Source: Chiloscyllium plagiosum
Lineage: Eukaryota
NCBI RefSeq assembly: GCF_004010195.1
Contig: NC_057751.1
Span: forward strand, 7,778,137 to 7,842,136
Length of the DNA: 64,000 bases
Reading direction: 5' to 3'
The notes under the pieces are model-generated. The model had not been told where the DNA came from, made no database searches, and saw only the letters and a list, made by a program, of their open reading frames with translations. Of the stretch, positions 35,905-49,275 are shown piece by piece (positions within the stretch are counted from its first letter, which is position 1; each line of letters begins with the position of its first letter). The position numbers were made by a program, and so were the translations under genes.

Positions 35905-36225
35905 AATTCTGGTTGCCACACTACTGGAAGGATGTGGAGGCTTTGGAGAGGATGCAGAAGAGGTTTACCAGGGTGCTGCCTAGATTAGAGAGTATGAGCT
36001 GTAAGGAGAGGAAGGACAAACCAGGGTTGTTTTCTCTGGAGTGGAGGAGACTGAGGAGAGGTCTGATAGAAGTTCATACAATTATGAGAGGTATAGATAG
36101 GGTTGACAGTCAGAATCTTTTTCCCAGGCTTGAAATGTCTCAGACTGGCAGGTATGCATTTAAGCTAAGAGAGAAAAAAAATCAAAGGAGATATGAGGGG
36201 CAACATTTTTACACAGAGTTGTAGA
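35905..36225 (+). mobile_element. CR1 LINE fragment
   Basis: ORF 35913-36224 PHYWKDVEALERMQKRFTRVLPRL. Confidence 0.8.
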
Positions 36226-36764
36226 TGAAATGTTGAGAGAACCAGGACCATCAGGAATCCAAATTTAAACATGAGATTTGCTTATTTATATCACCATGAA
36301 CAGTGTAAGTATATTCTTCATCTCTCAACCTCTTCTTAAATTGAACTGAATTGAATCAGTTATTTTCACACGTGTACCCTTGTGTACATAGGCTCAATTC
36401 TCATTAACTTAAAATAAACTAAAAACAAAAATGAAGATAACTTAAACAGAATCCAACTGTTCATTCTCCACTGCTACATTCCCACTCCAGCCTTGACCAG
36501 CCTAAATTAGAATCCCATTCTGGACTCCTTTTCTTATGTGTGTCCATGTGGTTGGTTGAGTGACTGTTTTCATTGCCTTTATATTTGGGCTGCTGCATGG
36601 ACAAACTTCAATGTTTACCGCTGATCTCCTGCGTTTCAAGTCAGGTCATTCACAAGGGTTTCAAAGTGCTCCCTCCCACAAGGTAGTAATCTTGTTTCAG
36701 TCAACGGAGAGGGAAGATGAGCAAAGTCCAAACAGGGGAGTTATTCCACTCCTCTCTCCCATCA

Positions 36765-37068
36765 GAACACAGAATCCTCACAGGGTGGAAACAGGCCATT
36801 CGGCCCAACAAGTCCACTCAGACCCAGTCCCTAACCCCACCACTGTACACTTATCCCTGTCTAATGCACCTAACCTACACATCCCTGAACACCGTGGGCA
36901 ATTTAGCATGGCCAAATCATCTGACCTGCACATCTTTGAACTAGGGGAGGAAATCAGAGCATCCAGTGGAAACCCACGCAGACACGGGGAGAATGTGTAA
37001 ACTCCACACAGACAGTCATCTGAGGCTGTGAGGCAGCAATGCTAACCATTGAGGCACTGTGCCACCCA
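36765..37068 (-). mobile_element. HE1 V-SINE
   Basis: caatttagcatggccaaatcatctgacctgcacatctttg...aaactccacacagacagtc...gtgaggcagcaatgctaacc. Confidence 0.8.
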
Positions 37069-38819
37069 TGTCCTAATTGTCAACCATGCTTTAAAGATAC
37101 AAAACCCGCCGACTGAACATTAATGAAGTCTGAATTTTCTCATCTTCACAGACAGCCTGAGAAGTGAAGGCACCGGCGATCAGAAATCAATTTCCTGAAA
37201 TGATCTGGATTCTCTCAGTTTCAGATTTAGTGCTGTTATAGAATGTGGAGGTCATCACAGAGCAGACTGACTCTTCCTTGATGCTCTCAAAATTACCAAC
37301 CAACTCGTGAAAATCAAAACAATTGTACAGACATCATGCAGAGAATCATGTGAAGCGCAAGTGCTCCCTTGGAAGTGAATTCGAGAGTGAAGACTAGTCG
37401 GGGAGGGACACACAATGCTTGACATCCAGAAAAATGGTCAGGCTTCGGGCTGCAATCTAATTGAGGGATTCAGATTTGTTTGTGTTCACCCACAGCAAAG
37501 GAAACAAATTCTAAGAGACTTGTGAAAGGTTGTGTGACGCGCCAAGAAAAGTATCCATCTCTCACAGTCCAGGAACGCTGGTCAATTAACTGGGAAATCA
37601 GGCTGAAGTACAAGCTCAGAGACAGAACAGATTGATGCCATACGTGGCCAAACAATGCAGAATGGCGACAGACAAAGCCAAGAAATCACTGAGACACATT
37701 GCCTGGCACCTGAATATGATTCATCAGAGGCTGTTATCAGAGTGTGCTGCTCTGACCTTGAATAATGAGTTAAATTTAGCCAGGTATGACACAATAGCCC
37801 AACCAGAACCAAAGACTCATAGTCCTGAAGTCACTGGGATCTACAGCACATTAAAAAGCCCTTCGGCCCATCGCGTACGCACCAGTCAAGTAGAAACAGC
37901 AGCCTACCCTGATCCAGAAATCGCCCCACAGCCTTGCCATCACAAGTGCCCAACTGAATGCTGTATGCACATCAAAATAGTTCCACTATTGTTACTCAGA
38001 GGTAGTGTAAGGGACAGCCACAAGGCTCATCCTGGATGTCAACCAACTGACTTACGAGCACAGACCTGAGATACCTGGCCTTCTGGTACTAAAGAAAGGT
38101 GACTTTACAAGACAATCATGGAACTGGAAAATGGTAAATCTTCAACACAGCTTCAGATTAAACCGTTGAGGCGAGATTAAGCAACCTCAGGTTCAACCTA
38201 GTAAAAAGGCATATTTATGACACCGAATGAGGATTTATCCTCCATACAAAGAATGACCAATGTGTCAGCCAACAGTTGCCTAACAAAAGCTCTGAAATCA
38301 TTCAACAAAATAAAAACCTGGAGGCTTCAAAGGAGAAATGGGAATTATTCCAGGAAACAGCAGCATCCTATAAATCTTTCTGGGTGGATGAACAAAGATA
38401 AAGTGAAATATGTTCATTTTGTGAACCTTTGAATGACTTTAATCTCAACAATCTCTCCCTTAAATTTCATGTGTTGTCTCTTGGAGATAGTCCTTCACAC
38501 TTAACTGTTTGAATAGCCACCTGTTCTCTTCTCCTTAACCTATCTCAGCATCAGGTTTTGTTTGATAATGCTGCTGTTCAGTGTGTCAGGACATGGCACC
38601 ATTCTAAAGGTGCTAAATAAAGGCAGTTTATTTTTGTTGACCATGGAAACCTGAGAGTGAATGATATATGGAACCCCAATTGAGATTCTCAGGTTTACTG
38701 GAATGTGTGGTAAGTTTATTGTGGTAAGCACAATATTTAAAAAACCTGGAGGGACTGGTGAAAATCAGTGCTGTGGTGAGATGGAGTTCAATTGAGATGG
38801 TGATGGAGTTCAATTTTGC

Positions 38820-39050
38820 ATCTTTCAAAGCATCAGACATTCCAAAAGCACTTTGCAGGTGATGAATTGCTTCTCAATTTTGTCGTGCAAAATAACCAAC
38901 AGCCAAATTCCCCCAGTAAGTTCCTTGAAGCAGGAACAGGACAACCTGTTTGGCAAAGCATTATTCATTGAAATTGGCTGGAACACCAGGGAGAAATCCC
39001 TGGCTCTCCTTTGTTCTGAGAGATCTTTCACGAGATGGGTGGACGGGTCT
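38820..39050 (-). mobile_element. DeuSINE-like SINE fragment
   Basis: caaaagcactttgcagg...ttggctggaacaccagggagaaatccctggctctcc...gggtggacgggtctttaa. Confidence 0.45.
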
Positions 39051-39164
39051 TTAATTCCTAGTCTCGCCTGTGAAATGGTAGCACTGACACTACGTGGAGG
39101 GCAATGCGACTCCAGTAAGGCTGGGAGATGACAGATGCATTTTTATGTCTCATTGCTGGTGAGA

Positions 39165-39470
39165 CACGGTGTGAAGTGTTACTGGCAATGGACGGGAATG
39201 CTCTTGGGGATATGGGTTCGAATCCCCACAAGAGCGAAGGTCGGAATTCAACTTCACTTCACAAATTTGGAACTGAAAGGTTGGCTCGGTGATGGTGACC
39301 ATACAACTCTCATTGAATGTATTTCAGGATCCATCTGGCTCATTCACGTCCTGCAGGGAAGGAAGGAAGTAAGTCTGCCATCCTTGCTTGGTCTGGCTGA
39401 CATGTGACTCCAGCAATGCCATTGACTTCCATCTGAGTAGACCAACAAGCCACTTCCTCCTTTATAAAGG
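39165..39470 (+). mobile_element. Second tRNA-derived SINE family copy
   Basis: ggggatatgggttcgaatcccc...ggtgaccat...ccatctggctcattcacgtcctgcagggaagg...acatgtgactccagcaatg. Confidence 0.55.
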
Positions 39471-40344
39471 CAACCCCCCCACCCCCACCCCACCCCACCC
39501 CACCTGCTTTTACCAGGGCACTTGAATCACCAACACCAGAAACACCTTACACTCTGTACCAAGGTCTTGCCTGTCGAAATTAAGCCTTTTTTGAGTGCAA
39601 CTTCCTGTAACAAAGCAGGGCTGCCAACGGGCAGGTGCCCAACAAAAAAGGTGAGAGTCAAAGGGGGAAGAGTAGAGCTGATCAAATTTGAGGAGGGGTT
39701 GTGGGAAATCCAATGGCAATAGAAAGCCAAGGGTTACCTTGTAAGGCTCAGAGCACCCTCATCTGGTTGGGCTTCTCTTACAAGGTACATATTTGAGGAA
39801 TTTATTGATCTCCAATGTTTGGGGAAAATAATTGATCACTTTTCACGGACAGAATGACTTGAACTTGCAGCCATAAAATCCAAAGCCCCGTATTTAGCAC
39901 CCATGGGCTCCTCATCTCATGATCATCATGGCATAACCATGACTGACATGCATGTCCAACATCGCACAAACCTTTGGCTCCTTCTGTATCACTCTTGGGA
40001 ATGGTAAGGACAGTGCCCGGCCTGGAGTCACAATGACAGCGAGAAGATGGGAGCGGGTCAATTTCAACTTCTGCCAACCAGCCCTGTGCTTCATAGTTTT
40101 GAAGGCACTTGTTTGGTGACCCCTCACCTTCACCCATCCTTAAAAAGACATTCCGTTTTTCATGAAAAGCACATCTCACATCGTCTGGCATCACTCTCAT
40201 TAATCTTTTCTTTGTTTACATTTTATGCAGTGCTTCCATTGCATTCTTGCAAGCGGACATCAACCATGAATATTTCTCAGCAAACAATAAATCCAAACCT
40301 CTTGAGAATGAAATGAGTTGGATTCAAACAAACCCGGCATCAAA

Positions 40345-40925
40345 TAGAGTCCTCGAGTCATACACCGTGGAAACAAACCCTTCAGTAAAACCAGTCCATG
40401 CCAAACATAATCCAAAACTAAATGAGTCTCACCTGCCAGCACTTGGCCTATATCCCTCCAAACTCTTCCTATATATGTACTTACCTAAATGCCTTTTAAA
40501 CGTTGTAGCTGTGTTCACATCCACCACTTCCTCTGGAAGTTCATTCCACACACGAACCACTCTCACTGGAAAAATGCTGCCCTTATGTTCTTTTAATATT
40601 TTTCTCCTCTCACCTTAAAAATATACCCCTGGTTTTGAACCCCCACCACCTTCAGGAAAAGACTCCTGCCATTTACTTTCCACATGTCCAGATGATTTTA
40701 TAAACCTTGAAATGGTCGCCCCTCAACCTCCTACACTTCAGTGAAACAAGTCTCAGCCTTTCCAGTCTATTTTTATATGTCAAACCCGCCATACCCAGCA
40801 ACACCCTGGTAAACCTTCTCTGAACCCTCTCCAGTTTGTTAATATCCCTCATGTAACAGGGCAACCAGAACTGCACACAGTGCTCCAGAAGAGGCCTCAC
40901 CAATGTCCTGAACAACCCCAACACG
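40345..40925 (-). mobile_element. CR1/HER1 LINE 3' fragment
   Basis: ORF 40673-40924 LFRTLVRPLLEHCVQFWLPCYMRDINKLERVQRRFTRVL. Confidence 0.85.
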
Positions 40926-41159
40926 AAGTTAAAATTTTAAATCTTCACATTTGGGCAAGGAGTCATGACTGGGTGAAGAGTCTGCAGAATGGAGACTGAA
41001 CATTGAGAGAAATGCTCCAAAACACAATCACTTCTCTCTCTGTGGAACTTCAGCGTGGCTGATGCATCTCTGGGCCAGACCCTCATGGCGTTATTAAGGC
41101 ATTTACATCAAGCACAATTCAGCCGGATTATCTTGTGCATTTCGAATCAGTCTGGTTCA

Positions 41160-41682
41160 ATGCAGGTTAAAAGTCACACAACACAACGTTATGGTCCAAC
41201 AGATGCTGCGGGTCTGATAGCATCTGTGAAGGAAAATCAGAGTTAATGCTTCAGGTCCGGTGACCCTTCCTACGGACCTAGTGGGCTTCTGTTTTCGTTC
41301 CATGCTATTCCAGTCATTTGGCTTGTCTCCAGCACCAGTTTATTTTTAATTTTTTTTGTAGTTACCCTCTCTGCTTCACTGAATCGGGCTATAGGTCGTC
41401 CCTTGGGTTGTGAGTCGGCCTTTGACACATTACTCACACCATCTAACACCCTTGGCCACCTGCAGAGACCTATTATTCAACACTCCACGCACACCCTTTT
41501 GATTTCTCTGCCCTTCATTTCTCTCTGCCCATAAATTCCGTGTTCCGTGTGCTTCCTTCTCTCTACACCTGACGAAGGGGCAGTGCTCCGAAAGCTTGTC
41601 ATTTCAAATAAAACTGTTGAACGATAACCTGGTAAGATGTGACTTCTGACCTTATCCAGCACCAGCACCTCCACACCAGTGG
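41160..41682 (+). mobile_element. Composite PLE terminal-repeat locus (family B pLTR with inverted tail plus a family D piece)
   Basis: ctgacga-a-ggggc-agt-gctcc-gaaa-gctt at 41569-41597; inverted tail at 41165-41200; family D piece at 41200-41272. Confidence 0.7.
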
Positions 41683-42489
41683 TTTTATGGTCACCTTTGC
41701 TAAGACCAGCTTGAACGGAATTGAACTGAAATTCCACCAGCTCACACGGTGATTTTAGAATCTGTCCCTCCAAAACATGAGTCTTGGTCTGTGGTTGACA
41801 AGACATTGGTGACATTGCCTCTCTGTCATCATCTCCACAACTGAAGCCATGACGAAACTGAGAGATTTATGCGTTTGCATTTTCATATCACTCACAAAAG
41901 GTCTTTGAGATTTCAAGTCAAACATATGGGTTTATCTGAGTGTTTCAACTGGGTTTGAAACAAACTATAATGACCAATGTTCCAAGCAGGAAGTAGTTAT
42001 ACCAAGTTCCCAAGGAACTGCTCAGCGAGCTGAAGGTGAGAACTTAATAAATTCATTCAGTCAGTGCTGGACAGTCATTCAAGAGAGCAGCATGTATCAT
42101 ACTGTGAAGTGCTGATATGTCTTCCAACAGGGAAAACTGTGCTCATCAGCACGGTCAAGAAAAGGAGTCTAAAGTAACAAAATTATCTTGGAATACTAAA
42201 TTATTATTAGCCCGAGACCAGAGTGTCAAGGTACAGCCTGCGGAAAAGAAGTGCAGTTATGTTGTTGAAGTTTTAAAAATTTGAGCTGCATTCAGGGAAT
42301 ATACAGCACTGGAAGGAAACTAATTCAGGAGCCAATAATAATAATAATTATAGAAGAGCTATCTACAGTTCCAGCAAATTAGTTGAAATTCTAATCACTT
42401 CAAGCCTAAAATATTAAGAAAAACTCAATTCTTTCTCACTTGTAAATGAGATGGGCTGGGTCTTGCCGGAGGTGCAGAACTGGCTATTT

Positions 42490-42607
42490 TTGGAATTGAA
42501 ACAATGTTTTCAAGCTTGGGTTCTTTCTGTTCTGTATTTAGAGAATTCTTGGAATTGAAACAATGTTTTCAAGCTTGGGTTCTTTCTGTTCTGCATTTAG
42601 AGAATTT
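42490..42607 (+). repeat. 59-bp tandem duplication
   Basis: ttggaattgaaacaatgttttcaagcttgggttctttctgttctg(t/c)atttagagaatt occurs twice. Confidence 0.9.
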
Positions 42608-42759
42608 TTGATTCTGCAATATCAGGATTTAGACAAGTTTTCCCCTGATTTATCTTCTTATCTGCTGCCCATAGACGTGTTTTACTTCAGTTTATTGTTG
42701 AAGCAAAGATGGCAACAAACACAGAGAGTGTTGGGCTGTTTGTAAAAGATGACTTCGGC

Positions 42760-44617
42760 AAAAACCGAACTGTGAAAAGATTGAGGAGAGAACCACGGAT
42801 GCTAAAGAAATAAAGGAATCAAGTGGTAATGTTTTGGACTGCACACATATTATCAAACAGGAGGTGTTCATAGACTTGAAGTACATTGAGGTGGATAAAT
42901 CTCCTGGGTCTGATCAGGTCCATCCTCACATGTTGTGGCACGCCAGGGAAGAAAGTGCAGAGGCCCTTGCAGAGATTTTTGTTTCATCTTTAGCCACTGG
43001 TGAAGTTCTGGAAGACTGGAGTGTGGCTAACATTGCTCCATTAATTAAGAAAGGTAGCAAAGACAAGCCAGGGAACCACAGGCCAGTGAGCCTGTCATCA
43101 GTGGTAGGTGAACTGTTGGAGGGGATACTGAGAGACAGCATCAACAAACATTTGGACGGTCAAAGTCTGATTAGGGATAGTCAGCGAGGATTTTTGCGCA
43201 GGAAGTCACGTCTGACAAATTTTTTTTTAGAGTTTTTTGAAGAGATAACCAAGAGGATAAATTAGGGTAGGGCAGTGAATGGTGTCTATATGGACTTTAG
43301 TGAGGTCTTTGACAAGGTCCTGCATGGCAGGCTACTCATGAAGATTAGGTCACATAGGATCCAGGGAGAGCTAGCTAATTGGATTCAAAATTAACTCAAT
43401 GATAGGAAGCGAAGGGTAATGGTTGAAGGTTGTTTGAAACGCCTGACCATTAGTGCCACAGGGGTCGGTGTTGGGACCTTTGTTATTTGTTATTTACAGA
43501 AATGATCTGGATGTGAATGTATCAAGGTATGATTAGTAAGTTTTCAGATGATACAAATTTAAGAGCTTTCATTGATAGCGAGGAAAGTTATTAAAAATTA
43601 CAGAGCGATCTTGATCAGATGGGGAAGTGGGCTGAGGATTGGCAAATGCAATTCAATACAGATAAGTGTGAGGTGTTGCACTTTGGAAGGTCAAACCAAG
43701 GTAGGACTTATACAGTAAATGGGAAGGTCTGTTGAGGAATATTGTGGAACTGAGAGACCTAGGAGCCGAAAGGTGTGCTGCTGGAAAAGGAATGATGAAG
43801 GGCTTATGCCCGAAACGTCGATTCTCCTGCTCCTCGGTTGCTTCTTGACCTGCTGTGCTTTTCTAGCGCCACACTTTTCAACTCCGATCTCCAGCATCTG
43901 CAATCCTCACTTTCTCCCAAAGGGACATTGGACCATAGTTTGTTGAAAGTGGTGTCATAGGTAGTCAGAGTGGTGAAGAAGGCGTTTAGCATACGAGCCT
44001 TCATCAGTTGAAGCACTGAGTATAGGAGTTGGGACATTATATTACAGTTGTATAAGTTGTTGGTGAGGCCGCACTTGGAGTGTTGTGTACAGATTTGGTC
44101 ACCCTGTCAAAGGAAAGGCATAGTTAAACTGGAAAGAGTGCAAACAGGATTTACGAGGATGCTGCCAGGACTGGTCAGCCTGAGTTATAGGGAAAGGTTG
44201 GTCAGGGTAGGACTTTATTCCTTGGATTGTCTGAGAATGAGGGGTTGACTTTGTTGAGGTGTATAAAATCATGAGGGGCATTGAAAGGATGAATGCAGAT
44301 AGCCTTTTTCGCAGGGATGGGAGGGATGGGGAATTGAAAACTAGAGGACGTAGGTTTAAGGTGAGAGGGGAAAGATTTAAGGAGGACCTGAGGGCAACTT
44401 CTTCACGCAGAGAGTGGTGCGTATATGGGATGAGCTGCCAGAGAAAGTGGTTGAAGTAGGTACAACAGCAACATTTAAAAATCATTTAGTTCGGTACATG
44501 GAAGGGAAGGGTTTGGAGGGATATGGACCAAATGCAGGCAATTGGAATTCGCTGAGTGAGCACCAGGGTCAGCATGAACCAGTTTGGGCCAAAGGGCCTG
44601 GTTCCATGCTGTATGAT
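42760..44617 (+). mobile_element. CR1 LINE ORF2 (RT region to 3' end), decayed and interrupted by a family A element
   Basis: ORF 42834-43265 VDKSPGSDQVHP...EDWSVANIAPLIKKGSKDKPGNHRPVSLSSVVGELLE; ORF 44048-44248 YKLLVRPHLECCVQIWSP. Confidence 0.9.
43766..43917 (+). mobile_element. Family A PLE-derived element nested in CR1
   Basis: Short inverted stub, then tgatga-a-gggc-ttat-gccc-gaaa-cgtc...ctcactttctcc; the C3 position is replaced by A at the junction. Confidence 0.75.
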
Positions 44618-44985
44618 TAATTATGATCAATCTAGCCAGGTTCCTGCCTGATCTGGTGTTCCCATCAAACAAACTCATCCCCACAACAATGGGGACCATG
44701 AGGATCATGATACAGTCCATGACTGCCCCCGCCAAGGACAGTTTTAGTAGGAATATCTGGTTCCGTCAAACTTGGAAATGAGTGACCTCACAAAACTGCA
44801 TAAGTTCCCAAATACAATCAAAGATTTGTTTCAAGTTCAACCACAACTCTGGTAGAATAAAGCAGATAGATGCAAGGACAAAGTTTTATATGATCAGAAT
44901 ACACTCATGAACGGATGATGGATTAGAGCCTGCTGTTGCTTGTAACCACTTCCGTCCTGAGGTCTGACACACTCACGTGCACACT

Positions 44986-45321
44986 TATAGCATCATAGAA
45001 TCCCGAGTGTGAAAGCAGGCCATTCGGCACATCAAGTCCACACCAATATTCCAAAATTCAATGTTGACCCAGCTCCCTATCCTATCCCTGTACTTCCCAT
45101 GACTAATCCCCCAGCCCGCACATCCCTGAACACTATGGGTCAATTTGGCGTGGCCAATCCACCTAACCTGCACCTCATTGGACCGTGTGAGCAAATCGCA
45201 GCACCCGGAGGAAACCCACACAGGCACAGGGAGATTGTATGAGCTCCACGCAGTTGCCTGAGGGTGGAATCAAACTCAGGTGCCTGGCACTGTGAAGCAG
45301 GAATGCTAACCAGTGCTGTCC
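44986..45321 (-). mobile_element. HE1 V-SINE
   Basis: caatttggcgtggccaatccacctaacctgcac...gcacccggaggaaacccac...aatgctaacc. Confidence 0.75.
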
Positions 45322-46304
45322 CTTGTAGGTCAAACAGAAAAAACAGACGTTTGAGCACAAACCGCTCCAAGTGACTGGAGTTGGTGGGCAACTCCTCTGT
45401 GATATTCACCATCCAATTCCATCTCAGCTGACTCCACTTTCTGTTTCCACCCTCTCTCCGTGCCTTCCAATGGTGAAACACTGACATTTCCACTTGTGGA
45501 CATCACTAAACCAAACCAAGGCTTCATTTCACTCCTGCAATTTCAAAAACACCTCTTCACGCGTTTTCTGGTCTGTTCCTTGATTGGACTCAATCTCAGT
45601 CCATTATTCAGCTGCACGTCCAGGCACAACGTGACGTGCTGACCCTTGGCAACAAATGGTTCAATCACCTGCCCCTCCCAAGCATGACCACCCATCATGT
45701 CGCAAATTACATGGAGATCAGTTCCCTGAAAGAGATGCTATGAATTTATCCTTGGACGAAACAGAGATATCGGAATAGGATGGGCCAAACTGATCCTTGA
45801 GCCAGCTCAGTAAGATCACTGGTAATTGACTACTTGAGTGTCTGTGTCTGGCCTGATCATGAATTCTTTAAGTCTGTCTTGTACACTCATTAACAAACTT
45901 AAGGGACAGCTTTGTGACACTTGCCAAGTCTTGATTTTGAGGCATTTTAAATCCTTCAAGTAAATGCACAAGTCTCCAAACTTTGGCTGCTCTAAGTGCT
46001 ACAATCTAAAACACAACAGTTACAAGACAATTAGAATCAGAACGTTGCATTTACCTAATAATGTTTTTTCCAAAGCGTGACGTGGAGCCTTGGTTTCCAA
46101 GGATAAAGAAGTCGCTGTTATGTTATCGACAAGCAGAGAGAAGCTGCTGGGGAAGACAGAAAGGGAAGTTGTTAACTTGGTTCACAGGCAGAAACAGTGC
46201 ATCAGAAAGGCAACTTTTTTCTTTGTTACATTCCAAGATTGCGACGTTGTTGACTGAAAGGACTAGTATTGTCCCTTGGAGGGACAGTGGGGGCTTGATC
46301 ATAC

Positions 46305-46680
46305 AAACACAGAATCGCAGAAAATAGGTGCAGGATTAGGGCATTCTCGCCTGTACCATCATTCAATATGATCATGGCTAATCATGCAATCTCATTACCC
46401 CACCCCCACCTTCTCTCCATACCCCCAATCCCTTCAGCTGCAAGGGCCATGTCCAGCTCCCTCTTGACTATGTCTAACGAACTGGCCCCAACAGCTTTCT
46501 GCGGTTGAGAATTTCGCAACTCGTTGAGTGAAGAAATTCTCCCTCATCTCAGTCATGAATGGCATACCCCTTTTCCTTAGACTGTGACCCAGACATCGGG
46601 ACTTACGCAGCATCTGGAACATTCTTTCCACATTCAGCCTGTTCAGTTCCACCAGGATTTTATATGTTTCCATGAGATCT
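46305..46680 (-). mobile_element. CR1-type LINE 3' fragment
   Basis: DLMETYKILVELNRLNVERMF...GHSLRKRGMPFMTEMRENFFTQRV; same subfamily as 61788-62300. Confidence 0.8.
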
Positions 46681-46769
46681 TTTGAACCCCCCTGCTCCCT
46701 CCTCATTCTTCTCATCACTGAGGTATCCGGAGATTCCCAAGGTGTGTACAACCTTTGCATAGTTGCTAG

Positions 46770-47200
46770 TGATGAACAACAACTTGACTACAATCTACAA
46801 TAGCTCCCAGCCAAACTATGCTGTGATTGATGTTAAAATTGTCATCCTTCCCATAAAATACCCCAATGGTCTCCTCTCTTCCTAACTCTGCAATGTCCTC
46901 CAGCCCCGCAAATTCTTCCAATTTGTCCTCCTCCAATTTTGGTCTCTCCAGCATTCACTTCCATATCTTTCCATCACCAGTGGACACGGTTCAACTATCT
47001 CAGCTTTCCCTCCCAAGAAATCAACTCTCCACCTGCTGACTCCTGTCTCAAGTACTCTATCCTACTTCTAGGACCAGGTTTGTGTAGCAATAAAGTGGGA
47101 TATCACCTCTTGGATCGCATTATGTCAGGTATGGCTTGATCATGCAGCCGTGAAGCCGCCTGGGGATGGGTGTTACATAAATGCAAAGGTGTTGTTGTTG
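46770..47200 (+). mobile_element. L2-type LINE 3' fragment, old
   Basis: ttaaaattgtcatcc...ccaatggtctcctctcttcctaactctgcaatgtcctccagccc...gtgaagccgcctgggg...ataaatgcaaaggtgttgttgtt. Confidence 0.55.
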
Positions 47201-48399
47201 GAGTAGGACTAAACCCACTGACTCAGCAGTGAGAGTGCCACCCACTGAGCTATAGCTGACACCTCAGTGAAGAGGACTTGCTGCACTCTGACAAGATGCA
47301 ATTACAGACAGGAGCTAACAAGGGTTTCTAACAGGCACAAACTATCAGGGATGCAGGTACAGGCATCAATTTAAAATGAAAAGCAGCCTGTCTATAAAAC
47401 CCTTACACAACAGGTTTTATTTCCACAGCCTGCAGATTAATTGAATTTTACTTCAATTGCTGAAATCCAGGCCTTTCTCCGGAGATTTTAACTCACACGA
47501 GCAGTACAAATGATCAAACGCTTTAGATCAAGTAAAAAATATTAATGGCTATTATAACTTGACTGCTTTTTATTGCCCATGAAATCAGCAAAATTTAATT
47601 TTCTTGTGAATTTTTACAGCTTTATGAGATGAGATGATGGGAAGCATTGTCTGTGCTTTTACTGGTGCGCTGTTTTGCCTTCCCATGTTAAGGGATCATT
47701 ATGTCCAAATCTTTGCTCCCCATCTCCTCAAACATCAGCTGGTACCAGACGACCTGTAAGGCTACGAAGACCCTTTGGTGCAATACCATCCTGCTGTGAA
47801 CCTTCATGAAAGGAACACTTGCAAATTGTCCCACGTACTGTCTCCCCACCGACACACAGTCTGCCTCCCAAAACCAGCTTTAGCGAGATGGTACTGAACT
47901 GTATTTCCCCAAAGGCTTGACTTCCTGCAGCATACTTGGCACAGACGATTTATTTTAATTAATTCTTAATAAGATGATGTTCGACAATGTATTAAAAAGG
48001 ATGGACCATGAAACCAATTTGTACCGAATAGAGAAGCACATTTTAGCTACATCCTAACACACAGCTGCCAAGACACAACTGAACAAAACTGAATCAATCT
48101 GCTAACAGGGGATTTGGAGATGCTGTGTTTCAAATGTTCGAAATGTAATTCTGAAGCCGCAGATCTGTGTCCTCTGATTATTTTCCCTTCTGTTGATGCT
48201 GGTTTTAATGGAATTGGACATCCTCCTGAGTTTCTCCAAGTGGTCACTTGCCCTTTGAAGTTAATGATGCGGATCGGGGGGTTCATCAACTATCACATAG
48301 TCATTACGTCAGGGTCTGATCCTGTGCTCCACACTGGGCAATCTCAGAACGATTACAGCGACAGCCATTTAGCCTTTCACATGGAGACCCATGAAACTC

Positions 48400-48840
48400 C
48401 AACAATGCTCAAGGACGTCCACATTGCTCAGGACAAAGCAGCCCACTTGATTGGTTCCCCAAACCACTGACACACAGTTGCACAGAGAGGAATGAGCATG
48501 AGCGGTAACTCCTGAAGCGTGCGCCAACTATACCTTATGAACCTAAAACCTCCACCACCTTGAACGAGGGCAGTGAGTGTACGGAAACCCCGTCGTCTAC
48601 AAGTTCGCCTCCAAGGCCGCATAGCATCCTGACGGACAACCACCTTACAACTCTTTCACCATCACAGGATCAACATTCTGCAGACCCCCTTCCCAGAAGC
48701 ACCGAAGGTGCCTACACCACATAAACCAGCAGCAGAACTTCAAGAAGGGAGCTCCCTGTCACCTTCTCAATGACAAATAGAGACAGACAAACACTGGCCT
48801 GGACAGCGATGATCACATTTTGCCAAAGAATAAAAACTCA
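48400..48840 (+). mobile_element. CR1-group LINE 3' fragment (second family), diverged
   Basis: caggacaaagcagcccacttgattgg...caagttcgcctccaagg...cttcaagaagggagctccctgtcaccttctcaa. Confidence 0.55.
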
Positions 48841-48914
48841 ACTCTTCCCATTGGCCCTCCCGTTCCCTTGTTGCCCGCCAAATTGTTTTCTTGTCACTTA
48901 CACAGAAGGATGAC

Positions 48915-49275
48915 ATTACAGAGGTTTATAAAATCATGAGGGGCAGAGATAAAAGTCAATAGCGAAGGTCTTTTCCCTGGGGTTGGGGAGTTCAAAGGTA
49001 GAGGGTGTATTTTTAACGCGAGAGGAAAAACATTAAGAAGGGACCTGAGGGGCAACTTTTTCTCACACAGTGTGGTTCGTACGTAGAATGAACTGCCAGA
49101 GGAAGTGATAAATGCCGGGACAGTTACAACATTTAAAAGACATTTGGATTTTTACATAAAAAGGCAGGGTTTGGAGGGACATGAGGCAAATTCAGGCAAA
49201 TGGGACTAATTTAGTTTGGGAAATTTGCTCAGCATGGACTAGTTGCAACAAAGTGTCTGTTTCCACAACTTATGA
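48915..49275 (+). mobile_element. CR1/HER1 LINE 3' fragment
   Basis: agaggtttataaaatcatgaggggc...gggacctgaggggcaactttt...gaactgccagaggaagtg. Confidence 0.8.

Noticed and set aside
37632..38069. 145-aa ORF
   Set aside because: Runs into a reversed CR1-like tail; no recognisable domain.
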